Source of the DNA: Thermoanaerobaculia bacterium | GTDB taxonomy: Bacteria > Acidobacteriota > Thermoanaerobaculia > UBA5066 | Assembly: GCA_038245905.1 (NCBI GenBank) | Contig: JBBRRY010000020.1 | Location: 9,006 to 73,005, forward strand | Length of the DNA: 64,000 bases | Reading direction: 5' to 3' | Part shown: piece by piece, positions 19,789 through 29,663 of the stretch | How positions within the stretch are numbered: position 1 is the stretch's first letter | Layout of the letters: every line of letters starts with the position of its first letter | Notes under the pieces: model-generated | What the model was told of the DNA's origin: nothing | Seen by the model: only the letters and a program-made list of their open reading frames with translations | The model's database searches: none | Program-made: the position numbers and the translations under genes

Positions 19789-20676
19789 TCAGTCTTGCCG
19801 CGTCTTGCGTGGCAGATGGATGGTAGCGGTCGTGCCGCGGCCGGGCGCGCTCTTGATCCACAGGTAACCGCGGCTGTTCTTGACGATCCCGTAGGCGGTC
19901 GACAGCCCAAGACCGGTGCCTTCCCCGACGGGTTTCGTCGTGAAGAAGGGCTCGAAGGCCCTCGCGAGCGTCGCCGTGTCCATTCCCTGGCCCGTGTCCG
20001 AGACCGTGATCTCGGCATAGGGCCCCGGAGCCACCGGAACGCCCGAGATCCTCTCGCCGGCCTCCACGATGCGCGCGGCCGTGCAGAGAGAGAGGGTGCC
20101 CCCGGCGGGCATGGCGTCCGAAGCGTTCACGACGAGATTCAGGATCACTTGCCCGAGCTGGGCGTCGTCGGCAGCGACGAGCAAGGGCTCCTCGGCGAAT
20201 TGCACGCGTACGGCGACCCGATCCTTCACGAGCCGGCGAATGAGCGGCTCGAGGTCGCCGAGGAACGCGTGGAGGTCGAGCGCCCGTGGATTCACGACGG
20301 CGCTGCGGCCGAACGCGAGCAGGCGCGCGCTGAGGACCGCGGCTCTCTCCGCCGCCTTGACGATCTCCGCCGCGTCCGAGCGCGTGTCGGGATCGCGCGC
20401 CTTCTCCAGAACGAGCGTCGCGAAGCCGAGGATCGCCGTGAGCATGTTGCGAAGGTCGTGCGCCACCTCGGCGGCGTGGCGCCCGACCGCCTCCATCTTG
20501 CGTCCTTCCGCGGCGGACACCTCCAGCTCCCCGACCCTCCGGTTGGCTGCGGCCAGGGATCGCTCGATCGCATGGCGGAGGCGAACCCCTCTCAGGAAGA
20601 GGAGGAACGGAGCGAGGCCCGCCGCCGCGCACGCAATCGAGACGAGAATGACGAGGTCGAGGACTCGAAGAGTCAG
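19789..20676 (-). CDS. Membrane-anchored histidine kinase (HisKA + HATPase, no sensor domain)
   Basis: AHDLRNMLTAILG H-box, QVILNLVVNASDAM, DTGQGM, FEPFFTTK and GTGLGLS. Probable CTG start at 20676 behind GGAAAGGA; the ORF-track start 20868 overlaps the peptide gene. Confidence 0.8.
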   Translation of the reverse strand: MTLRVLDLVILVSIACAAAGLAPFLLFLRGVRLRHAIERSLAAANRRVGELEVSAAEGRKMEAVGRHAAEVAHDLRNMLTAILGFATLVLEKARDPDTRSDAAEIVKAAERAAVLSARLLAFGRSAVVNPRALDLHAFLGDLEPLIRRLVKDRVAVRVQFAEEPLLVAADDAQLGQVILNLVVNASDAMPAGGTLSLCTAARIVEAGERISGVPVAPGPYAEITVSDTGQGMDTATLARAFEPFFTTKPVGEGTGLGLSTAYGIVKNSRGYLWIKSAPGRGTTATIHLPRKTRQD

Positions 20677-20696
20677 GAAACCGTCCTTTCCGGCAT

Positions 20697-20816
20697 TCAG
20701 CCGCCGAGGGGCCGGGTCGACCGGCTGGGGTCCGTCCCGTCGCCGGGAGCGGGTTCGTCGAGAGTGGTCAGTCCGAGAAGAGACAAAACGAGATCGATGA
20801 AGGTCGAAGCGTCCAC
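20697..20816 (-). CDS. Unannotated 39-aa peptide MDASTFIDLVLSLLGLTTLDEPAPGDGTDPSRSTRPLGG
   Basis: GTG start 4 nt after AGGAGGA; hydrophobic N-terminus and polar C-terminus; fills the space between the anti-sigma and kinase genes. Confidence 0.65.
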   Translation of the reverse strand: MDASTFIDLVLSLLGLTTLDEPAPGDGTDPSRSTRPLGG

Positions 20817-20959
20817 GAGTTCCTCCTGTTGCCGCCCTTTCCGGGGCGGCTCGGGAGGCGGAACTCACGAGCGCTCGGTCATCACCGCCTTACATGGATA
20901 GAGACGGTTTTCAGGGGCGGTTTTCAACCACCCTCGAAAGAAAATTCAGAAATTTCGGA

Positions 20960-22336
20960 TCAGGCCCGGCGGCGCTCGTGTCTGGCTGGGAGACCGAGAC
21001 CTCCCGAGAGGACTCCGAGGCACGCCCGCACTCGATCGAGGAGACCCTTCTCGATGTCCCCCCGGTCGAGACACGACGCGAGCTCTTCCCAGGCCGGCAC
21101 GCCCGCGAGAGTCTCGACCGTCACGAAGGACCGCAGCTCCTCGAGGCGCCGGAGGAGCTCATGCGTTCGGGAGAGCCGGCCGAGGCACTCGGCGGCATAG
21201 AGGCGTGTGAAGACCCGGTCCTCCTCGAGATTCATCCGATCCGCCTCGGCTGCCAGCGTGTCGAACGCCGCGAGCGCCCGGGTCGTCTCACCTCGCAGGA
21301 GGTCCAGTTCGGCGAGGCCGATCCGGACCGCGAAGACGAGATTCCCCAGGTCGTGGCGGCGTGCGTCCGCGAGCGCCTGGGCGAAGACGGCCCTCGACCG
21401 GTCGTAAGCACCGACGAGGGCCAACGCCCTGCCGAGGTTGATCTCGGCCGCGGTTCGGACATGGGCGTCATCCGGTCCGTGGAGCCCCTCTATCGTGCTC
21501 TCGAGGAAAGGAATGGCGCGGGCGGGGTTCCCGCGCTGGATGTAGACCCCCGCGAGCGCCCCTTGGGCGCGGGCGGTCCAAGTCTCCTGTTCGTACGACG
21601 CGAAGATCCGCGCGGCGAGCTTGAGCTCGCGCTCCGCGAACGCGAAGTCGGCCTGGAACCCGGCCGCGGATCCCTCGAAGTACGCGCAGACCGCCCGGTC
21701 GAACGGCTCGTCTCCGCAGGAGGCGAACGCGACGCGGGCGGCGTGGGCGGCCGCGCGCGCTTCGGCGAGCCGGCCGATGTTGAGGAGTGCCTGCGACGCG
21801 AGAATCGAGGCCTCCGCCGCGAGGCGATTCGCGGGGACGAAGCCGGACGCGGGCAGGGTTTCCGCGCGCGCCGCGAGGGCGCGTGCGAGCGCAAGGGCGC
21901 GATGGGGCTCGGCCGCCGCCAGGCGCGCGGCGGTCTGCGCGGCGTACAGAAGGCCGAGCCGCCCGGCGTCGGAGTCGCCCGTCTCGGCCAACCGCGCGGC
22001 GAGGGCGTCGTCCGAAGCACGGGCGGATTCCACGATCCGTCGCGCCGTTTGATCCGCTGCCTCCGCAGCCACCGACAGGGTTTGAAGACGGTCGGTTCGC
22101 GCGGACGTCCCTCCAGGCCGCTCGTCCGTCGCGGAGGAGGAGAGGAAGTCGTCGAGGGCGGACGCGGTCTCGATTCCGCCGACGAGGCGTGCGAGCGCCG
22201 CCTGTCGGCGCGTGCAGACGCGGCAGACCGCCACGTGAAGGGCAGCCGCGGCGGCACCCAGCTCGTTCCGGCCCATCTCGAGGCCGAGAAGGTCCGCTTC
22301 GGCAGGGTGCGGGGTCGGACCGTTCAACCGAGACAT
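20960..22336 (-). CDS. Zinc-finger (ZAS) anti-sigma factor fused to a TPR-like solenoid
   Basis: H10-x23-H34xxxC38xxC41 motif; Ala-rich TPR-like helices; no TM segment; start overlaps the sigma gene by 13 nt. Confidence 0.75.
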   Translation of the reverse strand: MSRLNGPTPHPAEADLLGLEMGRNELGAAAAALHVAVCRVCTRRQAALARLVGGIETASALDDFLSSSATDERPGGTSARTDRLQTLSVAAEAADQTARRIVESARASDDALAARLAETGDSDAGRLGLLYAAQTAARLAAAEPHRALALARALAARAETLPASGFVPANRLAAEASILASQALLNIGRLAEARAAAHAARVAFASCGDEPFDRAVCAYFEGSAAGFQADFAFAERELKLAARIFASYEQETWTARAQGALAGVYIQRGNPARAIPFLESTIEGLHGPDDAHVRTAAEINLGRALALVGAYDRSRAVFAQALADARRHDLGNLVFAVRIGLAELDLLRGETTRALAAFDTLAAEADRMNLEEDRVFTRLYAAECLGRLSRTHELLRRLEELRSFVTVETLAGVPAWEELASCLDRGDIEKGLLDRVRACLGVLSGGLGLPARHERRRA

Positions 22337-22902
22337 CCGCGCATCCTTTTCATGCACTGATTGAGACGCTTCCAGACCGCCGGAACGGTGCACCCCGCGT
22401 CGGCCGCGGTCTCCGCGAGTGTCTGGCGCAAAACGCAGTAGGCGCGGATCAGTTGGCGACAGCCGGGTGTCAGGAGACGGAACGCCGAACGCACGTGCAC
22501 GCCGTCGACGATCCGCCGGGCGGTGACCGCGTCGGGAAGATTCGGGTCGAGAGGCCCCTCGTTCCGGCGCTGGCCTTCTCGCTTCTCTAGCCGGTCGACG
22601 CATCGGTTGAAGAAGGCCCCGACGAGATAGCCCTCCATGTTGCGCACGCGCGGCCGCTTCGTGAAGACGGACTCGAACGTGTCCTGCAGGAGATCTTCGG
22701 CCTCGTCGCGGGTCATGCCGAATCGAGTGACTCCCGCGTGGAGAAGGCGCGGCCTGAGGTGACTGTCGAGAGACTCCCAGTCCCAGGTCTCGAGCAGGGG
22801 CGTGGGCGCGGCCGGAGAATCCGCGGGCACGGGTGCAACGCTCCGACTCACGTCCTCACCGAAGGATTCCGTTTCGGCCGATGAGGATCGTCCGCCGCTC
22901 AT
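22324..22902 (-). CDS. ECF-type sigma-70 family sigma factor
   Basis: Region 2 EAEDLLQDTF...YLVGAFFNRCVD; region 4 LTPGCRQLI...TLAETA...VPAVWKRL. Confidence 0.88.
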   Translation of the reverse strand: MSGGRSSSAETESFGEDVSRSVAPVPADSPAAPTPLLETWDWESLDSHLRPRLLHAGVTRFGMTRDEAEDLLQDTFESVFTKRPRVRNMEGYLVGAFFNRCVDRLEKREGQRRNEGPLDPNLPDAVTARRIVDGVHVRSAFRLLTPGCRQLIRAYCVLRQTLAETAADAGCTVPAVWKRLNQCMKRMRGCLG

Positions 22903-22969
22903 CTATTCTCTTCCTTTGGAACGAAGCGTACTCCAAGGGACGGGCACTCGGCCACGAGAGAGCTTCCGG

Positions 22970-24079
22970 CTACGCCGGCGTCACGATGCGCTGGACGAAC
23001 CAGAAGAGGCCGACCGCCGCGATCAGGAGGGAACCGGGGACGACGACGCGGCGGCGGTACCAGGGCCGATCCCGGAACGGCAGCGCGAGGACGGCGAATG
23101 CCGCGAGAATCACCACGAGCTGGCCGCCTTCGACGCCGGCATTGAACGAAAGGAGGGCGGCCGGGATCTCGGGGCGTGGAAGACCGGCCTGCCGCAGCGC
23201 TCCCGCGAAGCCCAGCCCGTGGAGGAGGCCGAACGCGAACACCACGGCCGGCCGCCACGGCGTGAGCCGCCGCGTCGCGACGTTCTCCACGGCGACGTAC
23301 ACGATCGAGAGCGCGATGAGCGGCTCGACGATGCGCGGGGAGAGAGAGACGAAGCCGAGCGCCGCGAGCGCGAGCGCAAGCGTGTGGGCGGCGGTGAACG
23401 AAGTCACCTGCACGAGAAGGGGCTTCAGCCGCGGCGACAGGAGGAAGAGGCCGAGCACGAAGAGAATGTGGTCGGTCCCGTCAGGAAGGATGTGCCGGAA
23501 GCCCATGACGAAGTAGCCGCGCACGACGGCGGCCCGGCTCTCCGGCACGACGCGTGCCCCGAGCGGGAACGGGCGGCTCGTCTCGCCGCCCTTCAGCCAC
23601 TGCCGCATCGGCTCGTCCATCCCTGGCGCCGCGAGGCGGAGAACGACCGTGCCCACGTCGAGCCCGCTCGAGAACGTGAAGGTCTTGGAACCGGTCGGGA
23701 CCGTGCCGGCCAGACGCAGGGTGGGCGCGGAATCGGCGTCTCCTTCGGCCACGAGCGTCGCGGACTCGGGCCGGACGCGGCGGCCATCGAACGACAGAGA
23801 GGACCGCTCGAGGAACGCGCGGACGAAAGGGCCGAAACGCGTCTCGAGGCCAGGCGTCAATCCCATGACGCGCGCCCCCTCCAGGGAAGCGGCCGCCGGA
23901 GCGGGTGGCAGGTGCTCGGCGTCGAGGATCACGTCCAGCCGGAACGTCGCGTCGCTACCGAACGTGATGCCGGCCGCGACCATGACTTCCTGATGCGCGG
24001 ACGCCCGCTGCGCGGCGGCAACTGCCACCGCGAGGAAAAGAACCCGCAGGATCGCCCCGCTCGCCGACCGCGCACCCAT
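22970..24079 (-). CDS. HupE/UreJ family membrane protein with N-terminal exported domain
   Basis: GFRHIL..GTDHILF, FTAAHTL, FGLLHGLGFA and FNAGVEGGQL motifs. Confidence 0.9.
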   Translation of the reverse strand: MGARSASGAILRVLFLAVAVAAAQRASAHQEVMVAAGITFGSDATFRLDVILDAEHLPPAPAAASLEGARVMGLTPGLETRFGPFVRAFLERSSLSFDGRRVRPESATLVAEGDADSAPTLRLAGTVPTGSKTFTFSSGLDVGTVVLRLAAPGMDEPMRQWLKGGETSRPFPLGARVVPESRAAVVRGYFVMGFRHILPDGTDHILFVLGLFLLSPRLKPLLVQVTSFTAAHTLALALAALGFVSLSPRIVEPLIALSIVYVAVENVATRRLTPWRPAVVFAFGLLHGLGFAGALRQAGLPRPEIPAALLSFNAGVEGGQLVVILAAFAVLALPFRDRPWYRRRVVVPGSLLIAAVGLFWFVQRIVTPA

Positions 24080-24126
24080 CTGTCGAGTCTACGAGCGCTG
24101 GGGCGCCGCCGGACGCGCGCGGAGAG

Positions 24127-24462
24127 CTAACGTTCGATTTCGACGTCGGGGTCGACCTTGATCTCGTGTCTCCCGATCGCGAGAAGGACGCTGTACAAGA
24201 ACTTCTTGCCGACCGGGACGTCGGCGCGCACGGCGGTCGAGAGCGCCTGCCCGTGGGCCAGTGTGGAAACGCGCTCGTTCGTGAACGGAGAGCCGGTCTT
24301 CCTCTTGAAATCGATCGCGACCTTCGCGTCCCTCACGATCGTGATCCACCGCACGAGATGGCCCCGTTTGACCTTGATCGACTCGGGCTCGACCCGAAGC
24401 GATCCGTCCGGCCGGAGAGAGATGCAGACGATCCGTTCTTTTTTCGGTCTTCTCTTCGCCAT
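24127..24462 (-). CDS. Small basic protein with C-terminal VDPDVEI motif
   Basis: 111 aa; AAGGAGG RBS; 25 nt downstream of the kinase-TPR stop; similar to the protein at 10349-10741. Confidence 0.75.
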   Translation of the reverse strand: MAKRRPKKERIVCISLRPDGSLRVEPESIKVKRGHLVRWITIVRDAKVAIDFKRKTGSPFTNERVSTLAHGQALSTAVRADVPVGKKFLYSVLLAIGRHEIKVDPDVEIER

Positions 24463-24487
24463 GGTGGCCTCCTTTTGCCGTGTCGCG

Positions 24488-27064
24488 TCACCTCGTCGCA
24501 GGCGTCGGCGCGATCAGTGACTGGAATTCGGAATTGTCCTTCAAGTCCGCGAATTCCGGATCGCGGGCGATCTGCGTCGTGCCCATGCCCCTCGCGACGG
24601 CCTTCCGGAGGAGGGCAAGCGCTTCCGCCTTTCTTCCGAGGACGTTCTCGACGATCGCGGCGCGGAAGAGAACGGTGTGGTTTTCGGGTTGCAGCGCGAG
24701 GGCCTTCTCGACCGAGCTCCGGGCCGCCTCCCGGCGATCCGTCCGGACCTCCGCCTTCGCGACGAGCGCCAGCGTCGCAGCGTCGAGCGGATGGACGGTG
24801 CGCTCGGTGTCGGCGAGCTCGAGGGCCTTGTCGTACGACGCGCGCGCCTTCTCCTCGAGGCGGGGTGCGAGGCGATAGGCGTCTCCCGCGCTGACGCGGT
24901 AGCGGAGATCGCGCGGCACGAGGGCGATCGCCTGTTCGAAGGCGAGCGCCGCCTCCGGAAACCGGCCGAGCAGGTACTCGCACGTGCCGAGGTTCGACCA
25001 GGCGCCCGCGGTGGGAGAAAGAGCGAGCGAATGGCGGAGCGCCGAGCCGGCCTCCTCGAGCCGTCCGAGCCGGAGCAGCGTTCCTCCCATGTTGCTGAGG
25101 ACGCGCGGGACTCCGGGGTTCTTCAGGTCGGCCTGTCGAAACTCCTCGAGAGCGCTGGCGAGATCCCCGCGCCCGAAGAACAACGCCCCTAGCTTGTTGT
25201 ATCCGGCCCAGTAGCCCGCATTGAGCGTCACGGCCCGACGGTAGGTCGCTTCGGCCTCGGCGGCGTCGCCCGCGTCGAGAAGCGCGTCGCCAAGCGCGAG
25301 GAGGCCGTCGGCGGACGGGGCCTGCCTCTCGATCGCGCGCCGGATCTCGACGACAGCCTCCTTCGGCTTGCCCATCATCGCGAGGAGCTGTCCCGACGCG
25401 AGATGGGCCTCGGGCGATCCGTCATCCAGAGTGATCGCGCGTTGGACCGCCGCACGGGCTGCTTCCGCGGCCGCGGGATCCTTCGTGGAACGGTAGCGCT
25501 CGATCCATGCCCGCCCGAGAGCGGCCTGCACGAGCGGCGAACGTTCACCCCCGCCGATGCTATTCAAGAGGTCGATCGCCGCGAGCAGCGAGCGCGGGTC
25601 GTCGTATCTGCGGAGGAGCCCGAGCGCCTTGTAGTACGGCTCGCTCTCGGCGGGCCGTTGCTTCGCGGTCGCGCCCTTTCCTTCGCCCTCGAGGTGAACG
25701 CGGAGGGAGGCGACGACGCTGTCGACGAGGCGGTCCTCGAGTCCGAACTGATCCGTCGCGTTCCCCGCGATCTCGTCGGCTGCGAGGATTCCGGGAGAGC
25801 CCGCCGCGAGCACGTTGTAGGTGAGGCGAGTCTGACTCTCCTGGCGGCGAAGGGCGCCCGTGAGCACGAGGTTCGCGCCGTGGTCCTGGGCGAAGTGCGC
25901 GGGGTCGTCGCCAGCGGCCCCTCCGGCCGCCGCCATCACCATGAGCCCAGGCACCCGGAGCTTCGTGAGCCGCGCGCGGAAACTCTCGGTGAGGCCGTCG
26001 ACGACGAGCTGCCCGTCGGGCCGCCCCGAGAGGTCCTTGAACGGCATGATCGCGAGGTACTTCTCTTTCGGCAGGGCGCCGTCGCCCGAGCGGGTGCGCA
26101 GCAGGAACGCCACGACGAGCGCCGCGATCACAGCGCCGCCGACGGCCGCCCAGCGGAGCGGACGGCGAGTCGCGGGGACGCGCGCAAGCGTCTGCATCGT
26201 CGAATGGCTTGCGAACGCGCCGTCGAGCGCCGACGTCATGTCGCGCACGTCGCGCCACCTCCTGTCGACGCTCTTTTCGAGAAGTCCGCGCAGGAGGTCG
26301 CGGACGGGCGGCGGGGTCGTAGCGGGCAGGGCGTCCCAGTTCGGGTCACGGTCGAGAATCGCCACGAGGATGTCGGACAGCGTCTCGCCGTCGAAGGCCT
26401 TTCGGCCCGCGAGCATCTCGTAGAGAAGACAGCCGAACGACCAGAGGTCGCTCCGTGCGTCGAGCGGCAGCCCGCGCGCCTGCTCGGGGCTCATGTAGCT
26501 CGCCGTCCCGAGGATGAGACCCTGCCGCGTTCCGTCTGCCGCGGCCGTGGGTGACTGGGAGATTCCGGGCGAAGCGCGCTGGGCGGAGATGGCCTTCGCG
26601 AGGCCGAAGTCGAGGAGCTTGACCCGCCCATCCGGCGTCACCTTCACGTTCGCCGGCTTGAGGTCGCGGTGCAGGATGCCCTTCCCGTGCGCGGCCTCGA
26701 GCGCCTCCGCGACCTGGCGGGCGATCCCGAGCGCCTCGTTGACCGGAATCGGGCCGCGGGCGATGCGCTGCTTCAGCGTCTCGCCGGGGACGAGCTCGAG
26801 GCCGAGGAAGTGCGTGCCGCCGATCTCTTCGAAGCTGTAGATCGCCCCGATCCCGGGGTGATTGAGCGACGCGAGAACGTGGGCCTCCCGCGTGAACCGC
26901 GAGAGGCGTTCGGCGTCCGCTGCGAAGGCTTCCGGGAGAACCTTCAGCGCGACTTCGCGCTGGAGGCGCGTATCGCGCGCCCGCCAGACCTCGCCCATGC
27001 CTCCCGCCCCGAGAGGACCGAGAATCTCGTACGCTCCGAGGCGCGAACCGGGTTCGACGGACAT
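24488..27064 (-). CDS. Hanks-type Ser/Thr kinase - TM - TolB-N-like - TPR protein
   Basis: [23 protein letters not shown] and YMSPEQ motifs; clear paralog of 10738-13350. Confidence 0.93.
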   Translation of the reverse strand: MSVEPGSRLGAYEILGPLGAGGMGEVWRARDTRLQREVALKVLPEAFAADAERLSRFTREAHVLASLNHPGIGAIYSFEEIGGTHFLGLELVPGETLKQRIARGPIPVNEALGIARQVAEALEAAHGKGILHRDLKPANVKVTPDGRVKLLDFGLAKAISAQRASPGISQSPTAAADGTRQGLILGTASYMSPEQARGLPLDARSDLWSFGCLLYEMLAGRKAFDGETLSDILVAILDRDPNWDALPATTPPPVRDLLRGLLEKSVDRRWRDVRDMTSALDGAFASHSTMQTLARVPATRRPLRWAAVGGAVIAALVVAFLLRTRSGDGALPKEKYLAIMPFKDLSGRPDGQLVVDGLTESFRARLTKLRVPGLMVMAAAGGAAGDDPAHFAQDHGANLVLTGALRRQESQTRLTYNVLAAGSPGILAADEIAGNATDQFGLEDRLVDSVVASLRVHLEGEGKGATAKQRPAESEPYYKALGLLRRYDDPRSLLAAIDLLNSIGGGERSPLVQAALGRAWIERYRSTKDPAAAEAARAAVQRAITLDDGSPEAHLASGQLLAMMGKPKEAVVEIRRAIERQAPSADGLLALGDALLDAGDAAEAEATYRRAVTLNAGYWAGYNKLGALFFGRGDLASALEEFRQADLKNPGVPRVLSNMGGTLLRLGRLEEAGSALRHSLALSPTAGAWSNLGTCEYLLGRFPEAALAFEQAIALVPRDLRYRVSAGDAYRLAPRLEEKARASYDKALELADTERTVHPLDAATLALVAKAEVRTDRREAARSSVEKALALQPENHTVLFRAAIVENVLGRKAEALALLRKAVARGMGTTQIARDPEFADLKDNSEFQSLIAPTPATR

Positions 27065-27098
27065 GGCGCTGTCCCCGATTATCTACAATTGCGACCTC

Positions 27099-28553
27099 AT
27101 GCACATTTGCTGGACGCGCGCCGCTCTTTCCAGGCTCTTCGCTCTCGCTGCCCCCCTTTTCCTCGCGGCTCCTTGTCCGCACCCGGCACGGGGCGCCGGC
27201 GCGAGCGTGAATTCGTCTGCTCTCTGGGATGCCTGGCCGCACACGGTCGCCGTCTCGCCCTTCGCACTCAAGAACGAGGGAGTGCGCGCGGAGCTCGCCG
27301 CGCTCCTCGCGCGGCACGCGGGACTCTTCACGATCGCCGAGGAAGGCGTCTCGACGGAAGGCAGGAAGATTCCCCTCGTCATGGTCGGCAGCGGGCCTAC
27401 GACGGTTCTCCTCTGGTCCCAGATGCACGGCGACGAGCCGACGGCGACGAGCGCGCTCCTCGACGTCCTCGAGCACCTGGGGCGGACGCGAAAGACGCCG
27501 GAGACGGAACGTCTCCTGTCGCGCCTCACGCTCGCGATCATCCCGATGCTCAATCCGGACGGAGCGGAGAGGACGCGCCGCACGAACGCGCAGGGCATCG
27601 ACATCAACCGCGACGCCCTGCGCCTCGTGACTCCGGAAGGCCGCTTTCTCAAGTCCGTCCGCGACCGGCTGAAGCCGTCGATCGGGTACAACCTCCACAA
27701 CCACAGCCCGAGCGTCACGGCGGGAAAGCAGGGACCGCAGGTCGCGATCTCGGTCCTCGCCGTCCCGTATGACGAGGCCTTCACGGAGAACGAGGGCCGC
27801 ATTGCGACGAAAAGGCTCGCGGTCCTCGTCCAGCGCCTCCTCGAGCCGTACGCGAAGGGCCGCGTCGCGCGCTACGACATGGACTACACGGCGCGCGCCT
27901 TCGGCGATTCGATGACGCGCTGGGGCACCGCGACGCTCCTCATCGAGTCGGGCGGTTTCTTCGGGTCCGACGAGGCGAATACGCTCGTGCGTCTGAATTT
28001 CGTGGCTCTTCTGGGGACGCTGCACGCGCTCGCGGACGGCTCCCTCGCGGCGGTGGACGCGAAGGCGTACGACGCGATCCCGCTCAACACGCGCGACCGG
28101 CTGTTCGACCTCCTCCTCCGGAACGCGCGCGTCATCTCGGGGGCGGGCCTTCCGCCGTATCTCGCGGATGTCGGCATGAACCTCCCGCCCGCGCGCGCGA
28201 GTTTCGCGGGGTCGTCGGGACGCGAGAGTCGCGGCGGCGTGTTCGAGGTGGGCGACCTGTCGGACTTCCTCGGGAAAAGAGAGATCGATCTGACGGGCCG
28301 GCTGCTCGCCGTGGCACCGCCGGGTGGCGAGGAGGGCTGGAAGCGGACGCTCGCCGGGCTCGTGTCCCGGGGACGCGCCACGGCCGCGGGCGTGCTCACT
28401 CTTTCCGAGGCCGACCTCGCTGCGGAGGCGAAGGCCTGGATCGGGAACGCCCCCTCGCTCGCGCCCGGCTACGGCGGGGACTTCCTCGTCCTTCAGCCCG
28501 AGGGCGAAGGCCGCTTTCGTCTCGAGCGCCGGATCTCGCCGGTCGAGCCCTGA
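27099..28553 (+). CDS. M14 family zinc carboxypeptidase, exported
   Basis: MHGDE, NPDG, DINRD, NLHN and IESGG motifs; signal-like N-terminus from ATG 27099. Confidence 0.88.
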   Translation: MHICWTRAALSRLFALAAPLFLAAPCPHPARGAGASVNSSALWDAWPHTVAVSPFALKNEGVRAELAALLARHAGLFTIAEEGVSTEGRKIPLVMVGSGPTTVLLWSQMHGDEPTATSALLDVLEHLGRTRKTPETERLLSRLTLAIIPMLNPDGAERTRRTNAQGIDINRDALRLVTPEGRFLKSVRDRLKPSIGYNLHNHSPSVTAGKQGPQVAISVLAVPYDEAFTENEGRIATKRLAVLVQRLLEPYAKGRVARYDMDYTARAFGDSMTRWGTATLLIESGGFFGSDEANTLVRLNFVALLGTLHALADGSLAAVDAKAYDAIPLNTRDRLFDLLLRNARVISGAGLPPYLADVGMNLPPARASFAGSSGRESRGGVFEVGDLSDFLGKREIDLTGRLLAVAPPGGEEGWKRTLAGLVSRGRATAAGVLTLSEADLAAEAKAWIGNAPSLAPGYGGDFLVLQPEGEGRFRLERRISPVEP

Positions 28554-28557
28554 GGCC

Positions 28558-29658
28558 TCAGGCGAACGCGCCGAGGACGTCGCGCACGTACGCGGGACGC
28601 CGCATCCCGACGAGGGCGACGTCGACGCCCGGGGTCGCGAGGAGCGCGCGAAGCGTGCGCTGGGTGAGCGTGGCGCCGGCGTTCGCCTCCGCGCCCGCGT
28701 CGCCCTCGAACTCCGCCTCGAGATACGACGTGAGGGGCCTCATCCGCTCCGCGTCCCAATCCGCGGCGTGTCCGATCTCGCGAAGAACGTCGGGTGCGAG
28801 CGCCGCGAACCGCGTCAGGCCGCGCTCGGAGAACGCATTCAGAGGGCGGTTCACGAGGACGCCGAGGCCCGCGCTCTTCGCCACGTCGAGGACGCTTCGG
28901 CCGTCTGCAGTGTGAAGGGGCTGCTTCGCCCCGATTTCGAGCGGGTTGAAGGGGAGTTGAACGACCGCGAAGCCGGGTCCGGCCGAAGAGAGGACGCGGT
29001 CGAGCGAGACGGCGTCCTCCTTTTCGTGAGGCACGACAAAAGTATTAGAGGACACGCCGTACGCGCCGATGCGACCGTCGACCATTTCGGACTCGAGGTG
29101 ACGGAAGGCCCGGGCCAGCCTGTCGTAGAACGCCTCTCGCGCTTCGCCTGGCGGCACGCCCCGGTGGGCCGCGTCCATCAGAAAGTACTCGGGGTTATGG
29201 AGCAGGAGCACATCGACCTTTAGCATGGCAAGGCGTTCGAGGGAGGCCGTGAGCTGGTCGCGGAGGAAGTCGGGCGAGATGCAGTGCCAGCAATCGGGCG
29301 CGTACTCGGTCATCTCGCTCCACGGAGTGCCGGCGCGGGCTCGTCGCAAGGCCTCACGCTGGTTCGAGCCCTGGACGTAGCCCGCTTTCGTCACGAGGAC
29401 GAGGTCCTCGCGCCGCGCGGATCCGCGCGCGACGACGTCGCGCACGACTTCGCCGACGAGGATCTCGCTGTGGCCGTCCGCGTAGTTCGTGGAGGTGTCG
29501 ACGAGCGAGACCCCCGCGACGAGCGCCTCGCGGAGGGCCTCGCGGTGGACGTCGATCCGGTCGTCCACACGGTACGCGCCGAAGCCCACTCTCGAGACGC
29601 GGGAGTGGATCCTGCCGAGCGGCCCGTAGGCGGAGGCGGGAAGGCGGCGAACGGTCAT
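28558..29658 (-). CDS. Aldo/keto reductase
   Basis: VSRVGFG, DTSTNY..GHSE, TKAG, LLHNPE and YGVSSN motifs. Confidence 0.88.
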   Translation of the reverse strand: MTVRRLPASAYGPLGRIHSRVSRVGFGAYRVDDRIDVHREALREALVAGVSLVDTSTNYADGHSEILVGEVVRDVVARGSARREDLVLVTKAGYVQGSNQREALRRARAGTPWSEMTEYAPDCWHCISPDFLRDQLTASLERLAMLKVDVLLLHNPEYFLMDAAHRGVPPGEAREAFYDRLARAFRHLESEMVDGRIGAYGVSSNTFVVPHEKEDAVSLDRVLSSAGPGFAVVQLPFNPLEIGAKQPLHTADGRSVLDVAKSAGLGVLVNRPLNAFSERGLTRFAALAPDVLREIGHAADWDAERMRPLTSYLEAEFEGDAGAEANAGATLTQRTLRALLATPGVDVALVGMRRPAYVRDVLGAFA

Positions 29659-29663
29659 GTGCG

